This document shows positions 14,359 through 26,789 of a stretch of DNA of 64,000 nt, in pieces (position 1 is the first letter of the stretch; the number at the start of each line of letters is the position of its first letter). The position numbers were made by a program, and so were the translations under genes. The stretch is from the human T2T-CHM13v2.0 reference genome, Homo sapiens. Below the pieces are notes generated by a model. That model ran no database searches. It saw only the letters and a list, made by a program, of their open reading frames with translations, and was not told the origin of the DNA. The DNA is taken from NCBI RefSeq assembly GCF_009914755.1, contig NC_060930.1; one strand, 5' to 3'.

Positions 14359-15643
14359 TGAGAGGTGACAGCATGCTGGCAGTCCTCAGAGCCCTCGCTT
14401 GCTCTGGGCACCTCCGCTGCCTGGGCTCCCACTTTGGTGGCATTTGAGGAACCCTTCAGCCCCCCACTGCACTGTGGGAGCCCCTTTCTGGGCTGGCCAA
14501 GTCTGGAGCCCACTCCCTCAGCTTGCAGGGAGGTGTGGAGGGAGAGGCGCGAGCGGGAACCCGGGCTGCGTGCGGCGCTTGCGGGCCAGCTGGAGTTCCA
14601 GGTGGGCATGGGTTTGGTGGGCCCCGCACTCGGAGCAGCAGCCAGCCCTGCTGGCCCCGGGCAATGAGGGACTTAGCACTCGGGCCAGTGGCTGCGGAAG
14701 GTGTACTGGGTCCTCCAGCAGTGCCGGCCCACCGGCGCTGGGCTCGATTTCTCGCCGGGCCTTAGCTGCCTTCCCGTGGGGCAGGGCTTGGGACCTGCAG
14801 CCCGCCATGCCTGAGCCTCCCCCTCCTCCGTGGGCTCCTGTGCAGCCCAAGCCTTCCCGACGAGCGCCGCCCCCTGCTCCACGGCGCCCAGTCCCATCGA
14901 CCGCCCAAGGGCTGAGGAATGCGAGCGCACGGCGCGGGACTGGCAGGCAGCTCCACCTGCAGCCCCGGTGCGGGATCCACTAGGTGAAGCCAGCTGGGCT
15001 CCCGACTCTGGTGGGGACGTGGAGAGTCTTTATATCTAGCTCAGGGATTGTAAATACAACAATCAGCACCCTGTGTTTAGCGCAAGGTTTGTGAGTGCAC
15101 CAATCGACACTCTGTATCTAGCTGCTCTGGTGGGGCCTTGGAGAACCTGTGTGTCCAAACTCTGTATCTAACTAATCTGATGGGGATGTGGAGAACCTTT
15201 GTATCTAGCTCAGGGATTGTAAAGGCACCAATCAGCCCCTGACAAAACAGGCCACTCGGCTCTACCAATCAGCAGGATGTGGGTGGGGCCAGATAAGAAA
15301 ATAAAAGCAGGCTGCCCCAGCCAGCATTGGCAACCTGCTTGGGTCCCCTTCTCCACTGTGGAAGCTTTGTTCTTTTGCTCTTTGCAATAAATCTTGCTAC
15401 TGCTCACTCTTTGGGTCCACGCTGCTTTCATGAGCTGTAACACTCACCATGAAGATCTGCAGCTTCGCTCCTGAGCCAGCGAGACCACGAACCCACCAGA
15501 AGGAAGAAACTCCGAACACATCTGAATATCAGAAGGGGACAGACTCCAGACGCGCCACCTTAAGAGCTGTAACACTCACCGCGAGGGTCTGCGGCTTCAT
15601 TCTTGAAGTCAGTGAGACCAAGAACCCACCAATTCCGGACACA
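14359..15643 (+). mobile_element. LTR12C (ERV9) solo LTR, 1285 bp
   Basis: TGAGAGGTGACAGCATGCTGGCAGTCC...CCAATTCCGGACACA termini; 4-bp TSD CTAA at 14355-14358 and 15644-15647; CpG-rich U3. Confidence 0.96.
15035..15391 (+). promoter_or_regulatory. LTR12C promoter module: CCAAT (NF-Y) repeats, GATA, TATA-like box, poly(A) signal
   Basis: Repeated CCAATC motifs ~15058-15270; AGATAAGAAAATAAAAGC ~15291-15308; AATAAA 15386-15391. Confidence 0.7.
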
Positions 15644-16943
15644 CTAACCTTGGTATCTGAAATGTTATCTTGTTTGGAAATAGGGTTTCTGCAAATGTAA
15701 TCAAATTAAGATGAGGTCATGCTTGAGTACGGTCGCCCTTAATCCAACATGACTGGTATCTGTAAGAAGAGAGAAATGCCAAATGAATGTGGAGACACAC
15801 ACAGGAATACCAGGTGACAACAGAAGCAGATATTGAAGAGATGCAGCTGCAAGCCAAGAAACACTAAGGATTGGAGGCCACCTGCAGAAACTAGAAAAAG
15901 GTAAGGGAAGATTCTACCCAGAGTCTGAGACTTGCATGGTCCCGTTGATACCTTGACGCTGGGTATATAGATTCCACTGCTCAGACAGAATACATTTCTG
16001 TTGTTTTAAGCCACCTAGTGGTAGTTAGTTACAGCAGCCCTAGAAAATTACTGCACCCTGCAAGTTACAGTTTATAATAGGTGCTCAATTAATTCTTGTT
16101 AAAGAATGCAAGAGTGAGTGAATGAGTGATGGATGAATGAATATAATTATCCAATGTCCCATAGGGGAGTTTATAAACACATACAACTGAATGAGCTCAT
16201 GTACGAGATGGTGTTGAATTGTTTAAATTCCAGGATAATATCCCTTGCAGTGAATATCTGTTCCTGGGGTTCTTCCTCTACATTCAAGTAAAACAAGTGG
16301 ATTTTAACTTTTGGCTAAGCAAAGTGTAATTATAAAATGAAATAATTAGCAGAATATCACATAATGTTCTCTATCAAATAAAAATAGAAATGAGTATATA
16401 CTATTTTCCATTTGAAAATATGAAAGCGGAGACACCTCATTGGTATCAGAGTGATGAATGCTTTGTCATTACTATTTTACATTCGTCTATGATGTGATTT
16501 ATAAATGTTTTATTATATAAATCATTAAGGAATTCTTTAGAATCTTTATCTTCATTTTATAGGTAGTGTAACTAAGGCATTTTAATTTCTAAATTAGGAA
16601 CGTTTTAATGTTGAAACTAGGTCACATTTGTCGTCTGACTTTAATCCCTGTACCAAATAGAGTTGCTTGACAAAGAAAGATACTTCAGAACCATTGTATC
16701 TTCTTCAACCACAGTTTTAATTATTGGATAAGCTTCATCAATTTTAGCACAAATAAGCTCTGGTGAAATGAGAAAAAAAGATAAACATAGAAATGGACTT
16801 GAACATATAAAGAATATAGACATGAGTTATATTTTATCTTGTTCTGTTTCATATTTTATGTATACATACATACGTACACGAAGATGAGGATGCTAAGATG
16901 GAAGAGATATGTATCTATTTGCTTTAGAAAACACGTTTCCAGA

Positions 16944-17444
16944 ATGCATAGTTTGCAAAAATTTTCCCCCATTCTTTAGGTTGTCTGTTTACTTTGTCGG
17001 TAGTTTCCTTTGCTGTGCAGAAGCTCTTCAGTTTAATCAGATCGCCTTTGTCAATTTTTGCTTTTGTTGCAATTGCCTTGGGCAGTTTCGTCATGAAATC
17101 TTTGCCCATGCCTATGTTCTGAATAGTGTTGCCTAAGTTGTCTTCCAGGCCATTATCCTTAGCAAACTAACACAGGGACAGAAAACCAAATACTGGATGT
17201 TCTCACGTATAAGAGGGAGCTGAATGATGAGAACACATGGAAACATACAGAGGAACAACACACTGAGGCCTTTCGGAGGGTGGTGGGTGGGAGGAGGGAG
17301 AGGATCAGGAAGAATAACTAATGAGTACTGGGCTTAATACCTGGTGATAAAATAATCAGTACAACAAACCCCCATGACACAAGTTTACCTATGTAACAAA
17401 CCTGCACTTGTATCCCTGAACTCATAATAAAAAATTTTTTAAAA
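16944..17444 (+). mobile_element. L1PA13-16-like insertion with 5' inversion (minus 16944-17149, plus 17147-17444)
   Basis: Antisense ORF2 piece (ORF 16924-17109 [24 protein letters not shown]) fused at AGG to the sense 3' end; degenerate TSD GTTTCCAGAATGC / GTTTCTGTAAAGC. Confidence 0.85.
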
Positions 17445-17909
17445 GTTTCTGTAAAGCTTGGCCTAGGTTGAAATTTATAGCGTCTAAAATACACTGTGTC
17501 AGGGATGCTGAGCTTAGTGAGCTCCATTTGGTAATAATAACCTGCATTGATGTTCATATCTTCTTATCTCTGTTCTCTTTGAACAACAGCTGACTTATTG
17601 GTGGTAGTTAAAACCCTCCATTTTTGGAGGTATTTTGTGTCTATCTTTTCTATTATTGCAATAAGCCTAAGAAGCCTGTTTCTTACAAATAAACTCTAGA
17701 AATTTCCCAATAGGGCAATACAAACTTTATGACCTGTTCCTTTGTATGATCACCATTGAAAATAAGTTCCCCTAAAAGGTAGTGTTACTTTGGCAATAGG
17801 TACAATGGATAACAGTTTTTGGCCCTGAGATTTCCTCAGGAACAGAGCTGTTCTCGATGTTTGGTTTGAGGTTATTTTATGGGCTTTAAGGAAAGGCTAT
17901 TCTTATTAA

Positions 17910-18247
<338 letters not shown>

Positions 18248-18367
18248 TGGACATTTACTTTCTGTGAATTTTATGTGTGCCTACTAATTAATCACAGCTA
18301 TTTGATTACTGATTTAAAAAATGAGTACCTGTTAAACTCATTGGCATGCTTTAAAATACTGTCTATG

Positions 18368-18527
18368 AAGGTGGGGAGAGCATCAGGAAAAATAGCTAAT
18401 GCGTGCCGAGCTTAGTACCTAGGTAATAGCTTGCTAGGTGCAGCAAACCCCCATGGCACCCGTTTACCTATGTAACAAACCTACACATCCTGCATATGTG
18501 TCCCAGAACTTAAAATAAAAGAAAAAA
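18368..18527 (+). mobile_element. L1PA8-10-like 3' UTR fragment
   Basis: GAGAGCATCAGGAAAAATAGCTAATGC...GAACTTAAAATAAAA; TSD TACTGTCTATG on both sides. Confidence 0.92.
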
Positions 18528-20799
18528 CTACTGTCTATGGTGGGGAGCAGATGGTAATATCTGCTCAGAATGGTCTCTCTAAGAGTGGTTCCCCAAGAAG
18601 AGAAACTAGGATGAGGTAAAGGTAACCTTTGCTGTGGCCATTGCTCAGAGCACCTGTTCTTCCCTTCCTCAGGCCTCCCTCTCCTCTTCTCCTCTGCAAC
18701 ATATTGTAGAACATTGTCAGTTCACAGTGATCTCTCTTTTTTCTCTGATATTTAAATTTAATGAAAAATCAGCAATCTGTGCACTATTAAAACAACATAC
18801 TAGTCTTTTGGTCTCATATGTAGCGTGACTTCACTAGGCCCATGACTAATCTATACAATGGGACTATATTCGTGGTGGTCCTGCTGGCCTTTTAATTATT
18901 TCATGCAATGATTCAGTCATGTTGTGATGACCAAATACTATAGACTAAAGTGCTTTGAAAACAAAATGTAAAATATGTTAGAAATGTGAAGCAGCGGGTT
19001 AATTTCAAAAGAAGAAAAAACTAAACACTATTAGATCTAGCAATGTAGCTTTCTGTTTGTAACTGCATGCAGATCAATATAACTTCTTGTTTTATATATA
19101 CATGTACATACGTGTATTTATATACACACACACAGTATATCATTATCTTGCTCTGTTTGTTGCACCTGATCATATCTCACCATTCCAACCAGATTACAAA
19201 CTCTGGTAGGCAGCGAACCATATTTCTCTTATGTCCCTCTACACCTGTAGCACAGTTCTGGCCACGGGATTCAAGCTGCATAGGTCCGCATTTAGTGACT
19301 GACAGTGGTAACTACTTATGGCAGTATTCATTTCTATGCCATCAAGCATTTTCTAGAAAGCTACTATTGTTTTGTGGTAGCTTTGGGCAACTTGTTCTAG
19401 CCATTATTGGTGACACTGGCATGTGCAAAGTGACAGACAGATCACTGGCACCATAGAACCCACAGAATCTGGGGACATTGTGGGTTCTAATTGGTTTAAA
19501 ATTTACCAGTTGGTTTATCCTCATTTATGTTCAATGTGTGGCAAAGCTAATAATATTTCTTTTAAGTGTGCTTGGAGGCAATACAGACTTAGGGAAAACA
19601 TTCCCTACAGTGTTCCATCTGCTGCCCTCTCTGTAGAAAGCACAAGCAACAATTTTATTATTGAAGGGTATGAATGGCTTACCACTTAGCTTGCCTGTGT
19701 AGAAACATGGAACATAGAGCGTCCCTCAGTTGCACAGGAGCTCACTCGCCCGTGGTGCTAAGCTCAGAGCATAGGGGGTTAAAAGCTTAGGTTTTCCCTC
19801 AGTCACCGTTGGGAAGTACACAACGTAAGTCAACCATCGTTTAATTTATTTTGCTTTGTTAGATGGTGGTGTTCATTAATTTTGCTTTGTCGCCTCGCTT
19901 TCCTCTTGATAACATCATTCTTTTTAATAGCAATGGAACCTTGCAAATGTCAAGCAGCCTGCCCCAATCACAACAGGCTGCAACATAAAAACACATTAGA
20001 GTTTGGAGGAACCACAAATAACTACTTTAGGAAAAAAATGTAATAGCTGTAATTACGTTGTGCCTGCCAGTGAGCTGCCCTCCTCCTTTCTCTCTCTCCC
20101 TCTCTCTCTTTTCCAGTGTCCTTAATGGATTTCTGTTGAACAAAAAAATCAGTGCCTTTTGTCAAACGCTTGGTGGCCTCTGCCTTTTAGAGAGGCAGCT
20201 CTTTCTATGCCAGTTGACTCACCTGCTACACTGATGCACTCTCTGATGCTCTATGTGCTCCGACTTCCTATGCTGGATCTGTTTCATTGACCTGCTTCTT
20301 GAAACATTTCCTATGGTCTCCATAATTTCCAAACTATTTTTTGTTGTTGTTGATAAGGTTAGAGTCCGCTTGTACCCCCAAGCCACACCCCAACAGGCTG
20401 AGATCAGCATCAGGACTATCATGAACTTTCCTCTCCACGTAAGGAAATCTAATGGGGTCTTGTGGACCTAGGAGGTTCTGAGTCTTCAGTTTGTCAAACT
20501 AGAGGGGAAAGAGAAAGATTTATTGCTTCATGCCCTCGTCTCCAGAGATTTCAACCTGTTCCCCAGCTTCATGCAACCAGTCTGGCTTTGTATCCCAGGA
20601 GTTTCTAAAAGTTGAGAATAAATTAAATTAGTAAAGAGAGCTGTGGTTCCTGGGCTGTTGATGGGTAGCATCAGTGTGATGGTTGCTGTAGACTTCTTGT
20701 TGAGTGTTGGTGAATTAAAACAGTAGCTGTGATCACAAAGAACTTCAAAAAAACTATGTTTACTTTAAGAAATCCTCTCTGGATTTCACAGACAGACGT

Positions 20800-23200
20800 A
20801 CAGAATCATCAAGTGTTAAAATAGGGGACCATCTGAAACGACCTCAAGTCTGTGACAGTTACTTAAATGGGAGGAACCTGAGACAGAGAAAGGAGAATCT
20901 ATCGGCATGACACAGCCATTGTGAAAAGATGCATACTGTGGAAAGGCTTGCTTTTGAGTCAGATGGAGTGAGGAGCTTTTCCTTGAGAGCTGAGTGACCT
21001 TTGGCAAAGTTCTTAAGGTCCTCTGATGTTCAGCTTCTTTATTTGTAAACTGAAACATTTACTTTGGGAGGCCCTTTTGAGGGTCACAAATAACAAGCCC
21101 TGAAGTAAACTGACACAGCTATCATAACTCTAGGCAGATGGTTGTTCATTCATTTATTACATATATGTGTGTATGCATATGTATGTGTGTATGTGAATCT
21201 ATATATTATATGCATGTTAGGTGCTGGGAACCTCATGGAAGTGACCAGGACAAGCTTAGCCATGCCTTTATGAATCTTCTCATATAGTTGGAATGCCTTG
21301 ATAAGTTTCATGAAAAAACATAATGCATTTGTCTCTATCTCCCTCTAGCTGAGACTCACTCATAAGAAAGTTCAAGGTATGTTCAAGCAGTGAAATAGTG
21401 AGCTCACTGGATGGAGAAGAGGGTTTTATTCACAGGTGCTGGAGAGAGATACCATCATAGAGGTAGACCCATTTGTGAGGATCTTGGCTTTCATCTTAAT
21501 CATTAGATAATGAGAAGCAGGAAGCCATTCAAAGATTTTGAGCAGTGGAATGACATGATCCACCCAGCACTTCAGGAAGAGTGTTCTGGGAATCAGATGA
21601 AGTAGATATTAATAGTATATGGGAAGATGTTAGAGACACCAAAATGCAGACAGTTTGTGTTATGAGCAAAGTGTATGGAGATGGTAGGGAGCCATGACTT
21701 GGGAAGTATAGTGTTATCAACCAGTAAGCAATTGTGAGGCCATCCAGTAGAAAAGACCAAATTATTTTTTTCTGAATCAGACTGAAGTGACGTCAAATCC
21801 TTGCTCTGCCTTTACTTACTCTTGAGGCTGGGAAAGTAACTTGCTTTGTTGGTCCTCTTTGCTATACTACAAGTGAGTACCTAAGGAAAGTGTCCTGAGA
21901 TGAGCACAGTAGGTTGTATCAGGCACCCTGAACAGTGCGTGCCATGCGCTAAGCTGCAAACTAATGCTGGTTCTTACTATCCTTGAAGTCGTTACAATGT
22001 TCACTCACTTGCATTTTTTCATTTCATCATTAGGGCTATTTTTTTCCTTATTTTTGAGAACGGAAACTGAAATATAGAAGGATTACATAATTTACCTGAA
22101 TTCCTGCAGCTAGTAAGCACTGATACCCAGATTCAAATCTAGTTTGTCAATTTTCCAAGCCCCCACACTGCCTTTTTGTTTCCATTAAGAAACAACCGAA
22201 GTATAGATAAAGGTTATCATTCAAAACACAAAGAGGAAAATAGTGAATCAAATAAAAAACAAGTAAATTTCAGGTTTTGTAGATACAAAGCTAGAGGGAG
22301 CATAAGTAGTCAATAACTGATGGGTGTTAGCTTTCCATAGAAAGGTGAATCATCCTGGCCTCTGAGCCTGAACAGGCTCTGAAAAGGACACCTTGCCATG
22401 TCAGCAGTGAACTGAAGAGTCTTCAGTGACTCCCTCCTGCTTTAGGACAAAGGCCTAATCAACTTAATTTGCCTTTTGAAGTCTTCACCTTGGCCCTCAC
22501 CTACATTTCAGCTCTACTTTCTAATCACTTCATTGGAATATGATTTGGAGTGGACCATTTCTTACACCACTGAAATCTTAAACTGCTTCTTCATGCTGAC
22601 CCATATTCATCTCTCTGCTTTTCTGATACGTGGAGGCTGTGGTGGGGGCAGGGGGGTCAAGAGAAGGGGTTCTGGAACTTGATTTCTGAGGTTCATTCAC
22701 ATCCTGGCTCTGCACCGCCTGGCTGTGGAACTTAAGCACTCTGTACTTCAACTGCCTTATCTGTAGAAGGGAATATAAATAATGCAATCTCATGGGTCAT
22801 TTTGAGATTTAAAAGCCACCATTCATGAAAAGCACTTAGGAGAATTCCAGATATGTTATGGGAAGTCAGTCAATGTTTTTTCCTCTTATTAATTTTGGCC
22901 TTCTTTCAAAGTCCAGAGCAAAAATCTCCTCTTTTGAAAGGCCATATTTTACCATTACAATCTACAGAATCACCTGCACCTCTAGATTTCCTCTGATTTT
23001 CACAGAAATTACTTGGCATTTTTAACATATCTTATGTTATCATCTAATCATTTACTCGTGTGTGTGTATTTGTATGTGGTTTCTTAATTAGATTGTAAGC
23101 TACTTGAGAGTGGAATGCTTTCAAATAATTTTCTCCGACTTTTAGTGTAATTGATACAGTCCTTTCCAAATAGTAAGCTCTCAATGAATATTTGCAAACT
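20800..23200. mobile_element. Cluster of MIR and L2 relics
   Basis: E.g. GTGACCTTTGGCAAAGTTCTTAAG...TTTGTAAACTG; GAGAACGGAAACTGA; TTAGATTGTAAGCTACTTGAGAG...TAGTAAGCTCTCAATGAATATTTG. Confidence 0.65.
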
Positions 23201-24194
23201 GGGACATTTAAAAATGTTTGGATACGTAGCCACAGCTGTAGTACAAATTATTTTATCAGGTGTAAGCAAAAATAATAAATAACTAAGCTGGAGATTCGGA
23301 GGGAGGCTACTCTTGGTAAATTAAGGGGCATTTTCAACTTGTCCCATGTTTGATTTACCTGAATCTAGTATTTGAATAGCAGCCTCAGATTCCAGGCAGA
23401 ACATCCTAGGTGAAGTAGAGACAAACACTACATTTGTTTGACAATTGGAATATCTTAGATAAACTTCTGAGGTCAGCCACCATATCTTCCTCTACTCACC
23501 TTTTAAATATCCTAAAGAAATCTATTCTTAATAATCAATTGGAATTAAAGAAGAGCACAGACATTTCAAATTAAATATCTTAATTAAACGCACATCTGAG
23601 AACCTTAATTTAACGTATCACCTAAAGCTCTATGCTCTCAAGACATCTTAATTTATACTGTGTATAATCGCACCTTATTCTTTCACTTCAGACAGTAAAT
23701 GGAGCAAGTAGCTCCTTGTGTTCTTAAAGGAGTTTAAAATTTCTATTATACAACAATATCACACATGCAAAGAGTCTTCATTTATTTTCAAGTATAAACT
23801 GTTTATCCAAGGCAGGTCATTAAGACTTAAAAAAAAAATTGAGGCACTCAAGCAAAGCAATCATAAACAAACAAAAGAGTGGGTATTATGATTATAGATT
23901 CAAGGATAATTAATATGATTAAGTTTAACTGGAGTTAAAGTAAACTTAAAACTCCAGTGAAACTAAAAAACAATTCTATTTCTCTTTGAGAAACAAAGAA
24001 TCTTTTACTGCTGGCCAGAAATATGGATAAAAAAATGTATCACAGGAAGACACAGTAAATTTTATATTTTCTGCTTTTTGTAAAGTTAGCTTTATATTTT
24101 CATGCTAACTTTAAAAAGCAAAGCAAAAACTTTTTTCACCTGTAATTAAAAATAAGTATGCAGGACATTTGCTTCCTATGGGCTTAAATTTCCT

Positions 24195-24278
24195 TCCTCT
24201 TTTTTCCTCTCTCTTTCTTTCCTTCACTCCCTCCTTCCTTCCTTCCTCTTTCTTTTCTTCCTTCCTTCCCCCCTTCCT
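24195..24278. repeat. (TTCC)n-type simple repeat
   Basis: Seen directly. Confidence 0.9.
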
Positions 24279-26083
24279 AATGAACCATTAACTCTACAAA
24301 TAATTCAGTAAATAATTTTGATATAATTTCCACTGCTTTGGCAATAGAAAAATTTATTTTTTATTGAAAGTAGTTAGATAAAATAAAGTGGAGAATCAAG
24401 TAAGTTAAAGATTACACTCACGTATAAGAAGTTAAATGATTTAGAAGAACATCCTGACAATCAGTCTTGCCACCTCCATTGGGCCAATAAGACATTCTTT
24501 GGTGTCTTGTATGAGAACACTGGGAAACAATTAACAAGCGATAAAGAAAAGTCCTCAGACATTGTCATAGACAAATGTACTAAAATAACAAAAAAGCAAA
24601 AAATGTAAAAATATTTATATGCATAAGTTCTCAAATAACGAAAGCCATTTCTGATACTATTACAGACATATTTTATGCTTAGCATAAAATGATAAAGCAT
24701 GAATATGATTTGATAACTTGAAGGTAAAGGGTGCATGTGATAAAGAATTACAATGTTTAAATAAATACCTAGAAACTATTTTCACCTATTTTAAATCTTC
24801 TCCCTTTTTCTTCCGATGTCATGCCATGCAATTCATTTAGATAGACTGGTTTGCCTAATGTATATGCAGTTGGATGATGGGTTATTTTTCCTCAGTGTTA
24901 CGATGAACCTTTAAAATGGATTATATTCTACCGTCAAGCTAAGAATGATGTTTAAACATGACTTTCTCAGCATTTATCTCAGAGTGATTGAATTTGAGTG
25001 TCTCCTAGGAATAAAATATTTGATCAGAAAACTTTTGGATTACACTTCAAATGCAACTGCATAAACATTTCTTCCAGCCAATGTGAGACGTGAAATTGCT
25101 AAGAACAGGCGCATGATAACCTTGAGAAGAATATGTATTGCCAGTAGCCAAAACGTCCTATAATATGAAAACTGGAAATGGACTTCTCATTGACTAGGCT
25201 GGAGTAATTTCTGATGCACAGCTTTGAAGGCCCTCATTTGGTTTTTTAGGTCCTGCAACATTTGCCACCCTAGTACCTCCTCCATTCTATTTCCCTCAGG
25301 AAGAGTGCAGCCCAATGCCATATAAAACACAAAGCTAATACTTCTTGAAAATGACTGATGAATTGCATCTCTTAATAGGCTGAAAATAATCAATGGGGCA
25401 TGAAAGGTGCCATGCCGGAGCTGCCTGACAATGCCAATACTAAAACAATCCTACAGCACAGGCAGAATGAGGAATGCAGCCAAATTGACCAAGTTCTCTT
25501 TGGTAATCAGTTAAGTGATATTAGTACACATTTCTCAAATAAAAATCATTACCTATCATTGAACAGCTCCCATCGTGAATAGGTTGTTATTTGTCTAGCA
25601 CAAAGCATCACACAAAATAACTACCCTTTGTCACGAATGATGAACGCTTCCTCCAGAAAAGAAGATACGGCTGTCTGGAAATTCTAAAACATTTTCCCTT
25701 TAAGAGGGTACGCCAGTCTAATTTGTGGAATGATGAGGTCGTTGGTCTTGGGCCTTTGCTCACTTTTTATTTCTCTTCTTTAATCTCATTCTCTTCATTT
25801 TCTTTATTACTAAGAGGGAGGCAAACTCACAAAAACCTGTTATCTATTATCCTTGTTCCAAATTTTGCTGGTTCTGAGTCCCCAGGGTTTGAAGTCAATA
25901 TGTTTGGTAATGACTTTTTACAAAGAAAAAGGAAAAGGAACAGAGATTGGATTTCAAGTGTTATGATAAATGCATATCTGAACTTTCGGCTGGGTTTGGC
26001 TTAAAGAACTCAGCATCAATTGCATAGAAAGGCATATAGTCTGAGAAACTGAAATTGGACAGAACACTAAATAAAATGCCATA

Positions 26084-26137
26084 TTTCTTTCTCTCTCTCT
26101 CTCTTTCATATTCTCTCTCCCCAATGCATGCACGCGT

Positions 26138-26161
<24 letters not shown>
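26084..26161. repeat. (CT)n and (CA)n microsatellites
   Basis: Seen directly. Confidence 0.93.
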
Positions 26162-26168
<7 letters not shown>

Positions 26169-26713
26169 CCTAATTCAATGGTAAAAAACTCAGGGACCTG
26201 CTTACCCATGTTGTAAGCAAAATGCAGTCGATAAAAGAGTTTTCTATCAGTTTAAGAAGCCAGAGTTATATAACTCATGCTTTTTATTCCCTTTCATTGA
26301 TTTACTAATTGGTTTCAACTTAGCTTTATTGCTTGCATTTTGTTGGTGTATCAGGATGAAAATATATGTACAAGAGTATTCTGTCTTTAAAAATTATGCT
26401 AAAATGTGTTGAAACCCTGTTGGCAAAAGGAACTTTAAATGCAGTGTGTTTTAGAAATACACAATCCTTTAAAAATATTAATTTGTTTTGTGTAAGCCCT
26501 ATGTAATAAGGGGGATTAACTGATAGTATCCCTTAAAAAGAAAAAATAAAATATAAAAAGTGTCAGTTTCACCTGTTCCTACTTGTGAATAAGACCGCTT
26601 TTGAGGAAAACTCAGAAAATATTATTGTATTTTGAAATTAAAGTATAGATCTCCTTGTTTTCCTCCCCCATATATTTCCAAGTATTTTATTCTTTCCTTT
26701 CTGGAGGATGTGG

Positions 26714-26749
26714 TGTGTGTGCGCGTGTGTGTGCATATGCATGTGTGTG

Positions 26750-26786
<37 letters not shown>
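26714..26786. repeat. (TG)n-(TA)n compound microsatellite
   Basis: Alternating purine-pyrimidine tract seen directly. Confidence 0.95.

Positions 26787-26789
<3 letters not shown>

Larger units (their letters stand above)
14296..16054 (+). mobile_element. MLT1B/C MaLR solo LTR, interrupted by LTR12C
   Basis: GGCTGAATTGT...GAAGTCCTAA, then CCTTGGTATCTGAAATG...TTTGGAAATAGGG...AAGATGAGGTCATG...TTACAGCAGCCCTAGAAAATTACTGCA. Confidence 0.85.
14140..16142 (+). mobile_element. L2 3' end relic split by MLT1C and LTR12C
   Basis: GTTCCATGAAGTAGAAAACCATG before 14296; TAGGTGCTCAATTAATTCTTGTTAAAGAATG...(TGAA)n after 16054. Confidence 0.6.

Noticed and set aside
14355-15700. Long overlapping ORFs up to 194 aa
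   Set aside because: They result from the GC-rich LTR12C sequence; no recognisable protein
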